From: Candidatus Poribacteria bacterium
GTDB lineage: Bacteria > Poribacteria > WGA-4E > WGA-3G
Assembly: GCA_963663765.2 (NCBI GenBank)
Contig: CAXXUA010000003.1
Location: 201,534-265,533 of the forward strand
Length of the DNA: 64,000 nucleotides
Direction of reading: 5' to 3'
The notes beneath the pieces were generated by a model. The model was not told the DNA's origin. It searched no databases and saw nothing but the letters and a program-made list of their open reading frames with translations. How positions within the stretch are numbered: position 1 is the stretch's first letter; each line of letters begins with the position of its first letter. A program made the translations under genes and the position numbers. This document shows positions 55,849 through 64,000 of the stretch, piece by piece.

Positions 55849-58800
55849 TTATTCCGTTTTAGGTAAGGTTGGGAGTGTGAGACGTGGACGGTCACCGAAA
55901 TCGGGGAGTTCGGGTGGGTTCTCTTCCATCTCTTGCAGGAGTATCTCTATTGCCTTATCAAGTTGTGGGTCACCTTCAGCGATATAATCTTGTGGACGAT
56001 AATCCACTTCAATGTCTGGGTCGGTGCCGTAGTTCTCAACGCTCCAACCGACATCAACGAACCAGAAAGAATACTCAGGTTGTGTTGTCCGTCCTCCATC
56101 AACAAATCCTTGATGTGGTGAGATACCGATAACACCTCCCCACGTGCGTTTGCCGATAAGTTGCCCTAATCCCATCAGTTTGAAGCAGTGTGAAAAGATG
56201 TCCCCATCGGAACCAGCGTTTTCGTTTGTGACAGCGATCATCGGACCTAACACGGAAGCAGTGGGATATGGGTGCGGTGTACCCCAACGTGGAATATCAT
56301 ATCCGATACGTCGGCGAGATAACTTCTCTAAAATTAGTTGTGACACATTGCCACCGCCGTTGTAGCGTACATCAACGAGTAAACCGGGATAACTCACTTC
56401 AGCAAGATAGCCGCGATGAAACTCAGCATAACCACGACTTCCCATATCGGGAATATGGACGTATCCGACCTTACCATCTGTCTTTTCATGAACGTATTTC
56501 CGATTTTGCGCGACCCATTCGCGATAACGTAATTCGCCTTCGCCACCAAGTACCTTGATCGTAACAACACGTTTCTCATCATCACTTTTATTCTTGAATG
56601 TGGTTTGCACCTCTTGTCCACCAAGACTTATTAATAACTCACCAGGTGAAACATTTTCGCTAAGCGGTTGTCCACCGATAGAAAGGAGGATATCCCCTTC
56701 TTGGATGTTGATACCGGGAGCATTGAGTGGTGAGGTTCTTCTATCATTCCATGTGTCGCCACGAACGATATGTGTGATGCGATAGCCGTTGTTGTCTGGG
56801 TCGTAAACAAAATCAGCACCGAGAAAACCTTGTCCGTAGTTAGGTGAACTGCGGTAATCTCCACCAGATTCATAAGCGTGTGAGGTGCCGAGTTCACCTT
56901 GCATTTCCCACATAAGGTCAGAAAATTCGGCACGGGTGGCAATTCTTTCCAGTTGTGGCAGATACCGTTGATACACGTTTTCCCAATCAACATCGGACAT
57001 ATCCTCAGTCCAGAAATAATCGCGCTGCAGTCGCCATGCTTCTCGATACATCTGTTTCCATTCAGCTGTGGGTATCACAGAGGGTCTGGCGCGATTGATT
57101 TCTATCCAACCGTTATGTCTGGGGTTGCCACCTTTATTATCAGGTTTTTGGTCCCCCTCTGCTTTTCTACCTGCTTTTATGATACGCAACCGATTTCCTG
57201 TGCGATATAAAAGGCTTTTGTAATCTCGCGAAAGTTGGAAGGAGTCAATATCTGGAACGAGTACATCTTTTTTCTGCTCTTTAAAATCGTAAGCGTGGAG
57301 TTTACCTTTCGCACTTGAACCATCACCTTCAGGGGTATTTTGCGCGTGCTGAACAGGAAAAGAAGTAAAAATCGCTTTGCCTTCAATACCAGCAATCTGT
57401 CTGTAACGTCCGTGTGAATAGGGAAAAGCAACAACGCGCTGTTCAATACCGTCTAACTCAATTTTGATAGGTTTTTTCTTTTTCTCATCCTTTTGCTCAT
57501 TAGAATCACCATCTTTTTCCTCGGAATTTTCTTCAGTATCCTTGTCGCCATTTTCCTTTTTATCTTTTTCCTTTTCATCTTCAGGTGGCGGTGTGGTAGG
57601 AAGAAACGGGTTCGGTAGTTCTTTCTGCAAAGTTACCAATAATGGTCGTGTGGCAATAGGAAAACTAAGTTCAAACTGCAACGCATCACCGACAGGGTCA
57701 AATTCACGATGAGAAAGAAAATAGAGATACTTTCCGTCTGGATCCCAAGCGGGAGCATAATCACTGAATTCAGTTTTCGTGATATACGTAGTTTCTCCTG
57801 TTTCAATGTTGCACAGTTTGATTGACGATGTGGTCTCAGTAGCGGGAAAACTGTATACGATCCATTTTCCATCAGGTGACCATTTTGCACCTTGAATTCG
57901 ATTATATAGACTTTTGTCAAGCACACGCATTTCCAGCTTTTCAAGTTCTATGTGCAGCAGTTCAAAACGTTGGTTGACGATGAGGAGTTGGTCTTTCAGG
58001 TCATCCCCTTTCGGGCAGACAGCAAGTTGACGCACATGTCCTATGTCCAGTTCATCAAGACGGCGTACTTCTTCACTCCCATCGCATGTGTGAATTTCAA
58101 GAGCTTCTTCACCATCAGCATCTGAAAGCGTCAAGATACGTTTGCCATCATTTAACCATCGTGGCATACGATACCGGGTGCCGTTGCGTTCTCCGTGCTG
58201 GAGGACAGCACCATCCCAGTTTGCCATCGTAAAAAGTTTGCCACGGGAAGTAAACGTTATAGATCGACCGTCTGCGGACGGTGCGTAATCTTGAAGGTAC
58301 TGTGAGGCGTTGACGAATTTGCGTTGGCGTTGAATGCGCGGACTGCGGAATTCCACGTCAACTTGATGGTTTGTATCCTTTTCTATATCATAAATCCATA
58401 AATCGGCACCTGCATGATAGACAATGTGGTCACCATCAGTTTGTGCTGATCGTGCATAATAGGTTTCCTGATGTGTGTGCCGTTGTATGTCTTCACCAGA
58501 GGTTTGGCAGGAATAGATATTTCCAACGCCTTCATGGTCAGAGATAAAGTAGATACGATCCCCAATCCATAAGGGAGTCGTGAAATTGCTTTCAACAGGT
58601 GCAAAGGGTTCAAACTCCCCATTCCCATCAGTATCAATCCAGAGTTGTCCTGCCGTACCGCCACGATAGCGTTTCCATCGTGCGGGTTCACGAGTTAACC
58701 TTCCAAGAACAACGCCACCGTTTTCTCCAAATGCAATGTGGTTAGCAGGACCATAAGGAAGTCGTTTCGGTTCACCACCATCAGGAGAGATGCTCCATAA

Positions 58801-59136
58801 CCATGCGCCAAATGCCGATCCTGCACCACTGGAATAGAGGATGTTTTGTCCATCCGTATCCCATCCGACAATACTTGCATTGCTTCCTTGGTAAGTAAGT
58901 CGTTTTGCTTCTCCTCCGAGTGCGGGCATGATATAGACTTCTGCTGGACCTTCTTCGCGTCCAGCAAAAGCAAGAAGTTCACCGTTTGGTGATAACTGTG
59001 GGGAACTGGTTGCGCCTAAATTTGATGTGAGTCTACGTGCTAAACCTCCTCTTACTGGAACTGTCCATAAATCATCTTCACAAACAAAAACAATGGTGTC
59101 ATTTGAAACAGTTGGAAATCGATAGTATCCTGACAT
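55849..59136 (-). CDS. Tricorn protease homolog (S41 family, beta-propellers + PDZ + peptidase)
   Basis: YYRFPTVSNDTIVFVCEDDLWTVPVRGGLARRLTSNLG..SPQLSPNGELLAF matches the tricorn N-terminus. C-terminal PDZ-like (GINIQEGDILLSIGGQPL) and S41-like (TNENAGSDGDIFS) regions are present. 1095 aa, with a K/E/D-rich insert. Confidence 0.85.
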   Translation of the reverse strand: MSGYYRFPTVSNDTIVFVCEDDLWTVPVRGGLARRLTSNLGATSSPQLSPNGELLAFAGREEGPAEVYIMPALGGEAKRLTYQGSNASIVGWDTDGQNILYSSGAGSAFGAWLWSISPDGGEPKRLPYGPANHIAFGENGGVVLGRLTREPARWKRYRGGTAGQLWIDTDGNGEFEPFAPVESNFTTPLWIGDRIYFISDHEGVGNIYSCQTSGEDIQRHTHQETYYARSAQTDGDHIVYHAGADLWIYDIEKDTNHQVDVEFRSPRIQRQRKFVNASQYLQDYAPSADGRSITFTSRGKLFTMANWDGAVLQHGERNGTRYRMPRWLNDGKRILTLSDADGEEALEIHTCDGSEEVRRLDELDIGHVRQLAVCPKGDDLKDQLLIVNQRFELLHIELEKLEMRVLDKSLYNRIQGAKWSPDGKWIVYSFPATETTSSIKLCNIETGETTYITKTEFSDYAPAWDPDGKYLYFLSHREFDPVGDALQFELSFPIATRPLLVTLQKELPNPFLPTTPPPEDEKEKDKKENGDKDTEENSEEKDGDSNEQKDEKKKKPIKIELDGIEQRVVAFPYSHGRYRQIAGIEGKAIFTSFPVQHAQNTPEGDGSSAKGKLHAYDFKEQKKDVLVPDIDSFQLSRDYKSLLYRTGNRLRIIKAGRKAEGDQKPDNKGGNPRHNGWIEINRARPSVIPTAEWKQMYREAWRLQRDYFWTEDMSDVDWENVYQRYLPQLERIATRAEFSDLMWEMQGELGTSHAYESGGDYRSSPNYGQGFLGADFVYDPDNNGYRITHIVRGDTWNDRRTSPLNAPGINIQEGDILLSIGGQPLSENVSPGELLISLGGQEVQTTFKNKSDDEKRVVTIKVLGGEGELRYREWVAQNRKYVHEKTDGKVGYVHIPDMGSRGYAEFHRGYLAEVSYPGLLVDVRYNGGGNVSQLILEKLSRRRIGYDIPRWGTPHPYPTASVLGPMIAVTNENAGSDGDIFSHCFKLMGLGQLIGKRTWGGVIGISPHQGFVDGGRTTQPEYSFWFVDVGWSVENYGTDPDIEVDYRPQDYIAEGDPQLDKAIEILLQEMEENPPELPDFGDRPRLTLPTLPKTE

Positions 59137-59284
59137 TTACACCTCCATAGAAAGAAATAACATTATACTGAAAACAAGGTACAGAAAATATGAAAGGCGA
59201 GGCACCAAACCGCATCAACGGTAAGCAGCATAAGCACACATGACTTATGCCATGATTCGTTGGAGACCTCGCCCTATAAATTTG

Positions 59285-59321
59285 ACGCTAAGACGAATTT
59301 GGAATTACGTCTTAGCGTTTT
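59285..59321 (-). terminator. Stem-loop ACGCTAAGACG-12 nt-CGTCTTAGCGT downstream of the 999-aa gene (possible bidirectional terminator)
   Basis: An 11-bp perfect stem lies 32 nt beyond the minus-strand stop at 59353. A TTT tract follows on the plus strand, and only a weak AAATTTAT tract on the minus strand. Confidence 0.3.
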
Positions 59322-59352
59322 CGGTGTATTGTGCGAAAAAGAGACAGTAGAA

Positions 59353-62352
59353 TTAATTGTCCTCTAACATTGCTTGTCTTTCAGTACTGGGTGGGTTTCC
59401 GAGCCAAAGTTTTACAGCTGGACTGCTTGCAATGCGTCGATTGCCAACTGAGGCAATGATGACAAAGGTATGCGGTCTTGTCTGTTGATTTCCAATGAAT
59501 GGATTTCGCCGTATTTCGTCATTACCACCACTAATAATATCTGGAACAAGCCTTATTGTTGCTTCGGATTTACCTCTTTGGAGTACGGTTGTCTGTCTCT
59601 GTAACCTTACGCCAGAAGGCAATCCAACTACAGTCAAGTTCATGTTTTGGCGGTTCCCTCTCTTGCGATCAACTTTCACGGTAATATCAACCGGACCATC
59701 TTCCGTCATCACGACTTCATTAGGAGTCACAGCCACAGTGATAGGTGACGCTTCTGTTATGCTTACGACAACATTTTTCCGCTGAACATTTTGATCGTTG
59801 TTCCGAATACGGTATATTTCCACTGGAGTTGCGGCACGTCGAATCTGATTTCCAGACGCGGTTGTAACAGTACCGACTACCTGGACAACGCTGTGGGTTA
59901 GCTCCGCATCTGGAGCAGCTGTCAGTGTGAGATATCCTTGGTTATTACGACCTTCAGAAAGAATAGCACTCTGACTTGCTATGATACCGGGTGGTAGATT
60001 TTCAACAGAGAGTAAGATAGGCTCTGTAAACCCAACTCGACGTCGCAATGAGACATCCAATAGTACTGTCCCCCCACGTCCAATGTTCGGGTTATCGGGT
60101 GTCACCGACAGGGCGAAGTCTGGGACAGTTGGTCGGACGTCTAAGTGGTAGACATAACCGGCGCCGCCTTTCCCAGAGACATCTTCTACACGGAGCGCAT
60201 ATTCCCCCGGTTGAGCGAAACTGTAATCAATAATGGCATTGCGTGCTCCACCTCTTCCTGCGTTATTTCTTAAAACCCGTCCTTCTGAATTCAATAAGGT
60301 TAACGAAGGGCTTAGCGGAGAATTCAGTTTTTCTGCAGACAAACCAATGGAATAACCACCAATATCAGCAAAAAATCCCCAAGGTCCAAAACCGTTTGTA
60401 ATTTTAACGAGAATTTTGTTTTCGCCTTTAGTTACTGGCAGTTCAATGACATCATCACCACGGTTGAGAGGTCGGTGCACATATTTACTGAAGACCAGTT
60501 TATCGTTCACCCAAATCTTAATCGTATCATCTGAACCGAGTGACAAGATGTACTTTTGATCCCGTTGAGATTTGAAATAGGTTAACGCGTATCCTGTAAC
60601 ATCATCTTCTGCTACATCAGAGAAAACGCTTTCCCCTCTACGATTGGTCCTATACCATTTAATTTTCTGCTCATTCTTACCGGTATATTCTTTTTCAAGA
60701 TCAATTTCGAGTTCAGGTGGATAGACGGTTTCATATCCTTTTTCGTCTGTGTTATCAAAGGGATGAATGACCCACCAAGGTCCGAGACGAGAACCTTCTG
60801 TTATCGTAAAGCGATAATAGTCTACCTCTCCGGGTTGAGAAATACGACCACTTATTGCACCAGGGGTTTCAATGTGTTGTGCATTTCCGATCTGTTTTGC
60901 AATCAGTTGTCCCATGCGGACAACTTCTTCACCAACAAACGTGAGAATTTTGTCACGTTCAGTATCTGTAATATCAGAGTTTTCCTTCGCCGCCATGCGT
61001 GTGATAGTATTCTCCCATTGCTCAGCGGTTAGCGCGCGATTCTCTGGTGAGCGAAGTTCGTGACAAGCTGTACACTTCGTTTGGAAAAGGATTTCAGTTT
61101 CCACACTCTTTGCATGTTCTTCTTTTTCCGCAGAACCATTTTCAGTTGTCTGTTTAGTATTCGCTTCTATTGACTTTTCAATATCTTCACCAAATTCGTT
61201 AGCAATAAATGGAAAGATACCATACTGGGTGCGGACAAGTATAACACCCGGCTGTTGATCTTTAGGTAGTTTAACTTCAAAGTTAGTTTCAGGAAGATTT
61301 TCACCACCAATTTTCGTTTGGATGACGTTCCCAATTTCCCCACCTGTTGGGAAGATATATGTATTGTAAGGTACGACACCTATTGTTAAACGGTAAACAG
61401 AATCTGGATTTCCACGATAGAGCAGGTCACGTATTCGAAGATAATAGGTGCCATCCTCAGTAAGCGTATGGTCAATTAGTGGGTCAAGACTGTAAAATCC
61501 ATTACTTCGTTCTAATTCCTTACCTTTGGCATTGAAGAGTGAGATTGTCGGGTTGAAGAATTGTTGGCTAATGTGGTTATATCTATATGCTTTGACGTTG
61601 AAAACACAACGATCCCCTTTTGTTCCCTTAAATGTGAAATAATCTTCATCACCACCATAATTGATGACGCCATTGACGATGGTTGGCAATTCAACGTATG
61701 TAGCGGATTCTGTATCGTTGTTTGATTCAGTTTCAACAGTATCAGGGACATTAGTGATTTCAAAGGGCCATGCTGTTGATGCTCCATTTTTACCAACAAT
61801 ACGTAGTTCACGTACACCGATCGGTGCATCAGGAGCAATAACTAATTCGGCAGTCATACCACCTGCTGCCCGCGCAGCGGATTTTAGATAATCAATGATT
61901 TTCGTCTGGTCGTCGTCACTGATATCCGCACCTTTGTCTTCCACCATGCGTTTCACAACGGCTGCCCATTGTGTTCCTGTCATAGAACGGTTGCTTGGTG
62001 ACCGAAGTTCATGGCACTGTCCACAATTTGCTTCAAAAACAGGTTTATGGGTTTCGTCAACTTTTCCACCGCCGGCATTGAGTTTACCTGTAATGCCGGG
62101 TTCACCTTCAACAATGAGTGTATGTGCTCCATCCAAATCTGAACCTTGAATTTTCACCTCAACCGTCTTTCCGATTTGTGCCCCAGCGGGAAAAAGAGAA
62201 TTCAGACGTGGTGTAGCTTGGGCAAATATAGAATTGGGAGTGGATATTATAACAAGAAACATCACAAGCAGCAACGGTTTCCAACTCCATATTGCTCGCG
62301 AATCAAGGTGTTGATTTAGACATGAAAGCATATATTTTTTCTTGACGCGCAT
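59353..62352 (-). CDS. Secreted 999-aa protein with two CxxCH haem-binding modules and pre-peptidase C-terminal (PPC)-like beta domains
   Basis: Signal peptide, then CGQCHELRSPSNRSMTGTQWAAVVKRM and CTACHELRSPENRALTAEQWENTITRM. PPC-like GGDEDYFTF and PGEVDYYRF motifs are present. Confidence 0.6.
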   Translation of the reverse strand: MRVKKKYMLSCLNQHLDSRAIWSWKPLLLVMFLVIISTPNSIFAQATPRLNSLFPAGAQIGKTVEVKIQGSDLDGAHTLIVEGEPGITGKLNAGGGKVDETHKPVFEANCGQCHELRSPSNRSMTGTQWAAVVKRMVEDKGADISDDDQTKIIDYLKSAARAAGGMTAELVIAPDAPIGVRELRIVGKNGASTAWPFEITNVPDTVETESNNDTESATYVELPTIVNGVINYGGDEDYFTFKGTKGDRCVFNVKAYRYNHISQQFFNPTISLFNAKGKELERSNGFYSLDPLIDHTLTEDGTYYLRIRDLLYRGNPDSVYRLTIGVVPYNTYIFPTGGEIGNVIQTKIGGENLPETNFEVKLPKDQQPGVILVRTQYGIFPFIANEFGEDIEKSIEANTKQTTENGSAEKEEHAKSVETEILFQTKCTACHELRSPENRALTAEQWENTITRMAAKENSDITDTERDKILTFVGEEVVRMGQLIAKQIGNAQHIETPGAISGRISQPGEVDYYRFTITEGSRLGPWWVIHPFDNTDEKGYETVYPPELEIDLEKEYTGKNEQKIKWYRTNRRGESVFSDVAEDDVTGYALTYFKSQRDQKYILSLGSDDTIKIWVNDKLVFSKYVHRPLNRGDDVIELPVTKGENKILVKITNGFGPWGFFADIGGYSIGLSAEKLNSPLSPSLTLLNSEGRVLRNNAGRGGARNAIIDYSFAQPGEYALRVEDVSGKGGAGYVYHLDVRPTVPDFALSVTPDNPNIGRGGTVLLDVSLRRRVGFTEPILLSVENLPPGIIASQSAILSEGRNNQGYLTLTAAPDAELTHSVVQVVGTVTTASGNQIRRAATPVEIYRIRNNDQNVQRKNVVVSITEASPITVAVTPNEVVMTEDGPVDITVKVDRKRGNRQNMNLTVVGLPSGVRLQRQTTVLQRGKSEATIRLVPDIISGGNDEIRRNPFIGNQQTRPHTFVIIASVGNRRIASSPAVKLWLGNPPSTERQAMLEDN

Positions 62353-62489
62353 CTTTTATTACCTCCAAAGTAGCTTTCAATATTCAATTATAGGCTGCCA
62401 GTTGAAGGGAACCTTTTTCATAACCGAAAACCGATTAAGAAGTACTATAATCGGCGGAATTCGGGTATTCGTCCCCATAAAAAACAGCA

Positions 62490-63533
62490 TTAGAATTCGT
62501 GTATCAATCTATTATTTCGGATATTCCAGATTCGCACTTTTCCGTCACGTCCACCTGCAGCAACAAGATTACCGTCAAGGTTTATCTGAACAGCATAAAC
62601 AGGTTCTGGAGAGTCGTTAAAAGTTCGGCGTCGTCCACCAGTTTGGATATTCCATACGATCACTGATGTGTCGGCACCGCCAGAGACGATATATTCTTGG
62701 TTGTTTGCAACACCGCAATCAACGCTATAGACAGGACCTTGATGTCCATTGAATTGCCGCACAAGTGTCCCACGTGTATTACCGTTATTGCCTTCTGTAA
62801 CTCTCCAAGTTCGGACGACATTATCAGCGGCACCAGAAACAATAAGGTTTTCTCGTGTTGCATAAGCAAGCGAATAAACTGCGTCATCGTTACCATCAAA
62901 GCTAACAAGAACTGTATTATCTGCAGGATTCCACACCTTTAAGGTTTTATCTTCACTTCCAGTGACATAGTAGTCTCCGTTAGGGTGATACAAAGTGGAA
63001 AGCACCCTACCGACGTGCTGCGTTAACCATTTTGCCTGATCCCCTAATGGCATGCCATCATCAAGGTTCTCTAAGTCAATGACAGTACTATATTCGTCCA
63101 TGCTTGCGGTGAGTAATTTTTTATGATCCGGACTGATAGCGATAGATTCAATGGTATCACCGTGTATCTCAAATGTCTTGATGAGTGCTTCTGTTTCTAC
63201 GTTCCATAAACGGATTTCGCCGGTTCGGGCTGCTTCTCCACCACCTGCGTATAGCATTTTACCATCTGGTGAAAACGTTATGCATCGGACGCGACCAATG
63301 GTGGGTTCATAGGCATGAATCGTCTCTTGCGTTTCAAGGTCCCAGAGTTCTACCCACTGGTATCTTCCAACAGCAAGTGTTTTCCCATCAGGACTAAACT
63401 TGAGCGCCCAGATAGGAGATAGAATCTTTGCTTTTTCCTGTACCGGTTCATCCGCTTGCATAATACTTCCAAAAAGTATAGTAATCGCAAAGACTGATAA
63501 AACAGCAAGTATGTTGTATGTGAGTTTTTTCAT
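62490..63533 (-). CDS. Secreted WD40-repeat beta-propeller protein
   Basis: Signal peptide MKKLTYNILAVLSVFAITILFG. Blade ends are VELWDL, IRLWNV, LKVWNP, VRTWRV, VIVWNI, VRIWNI. Confidence 0.85.
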   Translation of the reverse strand: MKKLTYNILAVLSVFAITILFGSIMQADEPVQEKAKILSPIWALKFSPDGKTLAVGRYQWVELWDLETQETIHAYEPTIGRVRCITFSPDGKMLYAGGGEAARTGEIRLWNVETEALIKTFEIHGDTIESIAISPDHKKLLTASMDEYSTVIDLENLDDGMPLGDQAKWLTQHVGRVLSTLYHPNGDYYVTGSEDKTLKVWNPADNTVLVSFDGNDDAVYSLAYATRENLIVSGAADNVVRTWRVTEGNNGNTRGTLVRQFNGHQGPVYSVDCGVANNQEYIVSGGADTSVIVWNIQTGGRRRTFNDSPEPVYAVQINLDGNLVAAGGRDGKVRIWNIRNNRLIHEF

Positions 63534-63796
63534 AATCTCAATTTTTAAGGTAATGAGGGTAGGACATTAATGATGAGAGAATATGTAGGAATGTAGTAGG
63601 GGACGACCTTATAATAGGGCGTGCAATAATTCTGCTACTACAGGTCACCTCATACCAAATTAACTTGATATAACACATTCAATAATAGTAACTATGAAAG
63701 GAACGATTTCCTCACATAACATATTGTGTTAATTGGGTAAAAAGTCATCCGTAATTTCAGACAACAGCTATGTCTCAACCTCAGTTAGCAGCAGAT

Positions 63797-63832
63797 AATA
63801 TAAGGTCAACGTTAGACTGTTGACCTTATATT
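63797..63832 (-). terminator. 14-bp stem hairpin AATATAAGGTCAAC-8 nt-GTTGACCTTATATT downstream of the DUF1501-like gene
   Basis: A perfect inverted repeat 27 nt beyond the minus-strand stop at 63859. There is no strong U tract, so terminator function is uncertain. Confidence 0.25.
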
Positions 63833-63858
63833 ACAATAATAACAGTATGTTTATCTGC

Positions 63859-64000
63859 TTAAGCTAAGACACCACGGATCGGCTGTCCGCCACGTGAAAG
63901 GACAATACGGACACCATCAGGCGATTCAATACTCTGATTGTAATCAATACCGAGGCTCTGATAAATAGTAGCAGACAAGTCTTCTGGCCGGACAGGTATT
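63859..64000 (-). CDS. C-terminal fragment of a DUF1501-family (sulfatase-like) protein; 5' part lies outside the window
   Basis: The minus-strand frame reads ...IPVRPEDLSATIYQSLGIDYNQSIESPDGVRIVLSRGGQPIRGVLA*, matching the conserved DUF1501 tail (P.DL.ATIY..LGID...). Confidence 0.55.
   Translation of the reverse strand, partial: IPVRPEDLSATIYQSLGIDYNQSIESPDGVRIVLSRGGQPIRGVLA

Overview
This 64-kb window comes from a moderately AT-rich bacterial genome with no rRNA, tRNA or CRISPR array that I can see. The gene content (WD40 and TPR proteins, a sulfatase, three Gfo/Idh/MocA oxidoreductases, PhyH-type dioxygenases, a tricorn-like protease, a DUF1501 tail) suggests an uncultured PVC/Poribacteria-like lineage, but that is only an inference. 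About 40 CDS are supported. Recognisable genes include coaD, a TonB-dependent receptor, ackA, ubiX with a UbiA-family prenyltransferase, a sulfatase, a GT4 glycosyltransferase and an aminotransferase. Several accessory or conflict-type modules sit between the housekeeping and catabolic genes:

- **Candidate novel system (21.8-28.0 kb):** a two-gene operon. The first gene encodes a 1544-aa Sm-like/TPR/P-loop NTPase. The second encodes a paralogous NTPase fused to a Swt1-like HEPN domain carrying an RTPLDH (Rx4H) motif.
- **Helicase-nuclease:** a 1579-aa DUF4011 / SF1 helicase / Vsr-like endonuclease / DUF3320 protein.
- **Decayed toxin-antitoxin pair:** an MNT/HepT pair whose toxin gene is split by a 122-bp MITE with a TATAG duplication and is also truncated.
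- **tnpB-only IS element:** it lies between two PD-(D/E)xK paralogs.
- **TcmP + DUF5131 cassette:** a conserved gene pair with no function known to me.

The intergenic DNA is heavily colonised by nested palindromic and TIR-bounded repeats. These include two 0.5-0.8-kb mosaic elements in inverted orientation 9 kb apart and a 27-bp hairpin tandem array. Other notable items are a tandem array of at least three membrane-anchored WD40 paralogs with homogenised junctions, and an ECF sigma factor fused to a transmembrane helix and a BNR-type propeller. All start sites, domain calls and repeat boundaries come from reading the sequence by eye and need computational confirmation.
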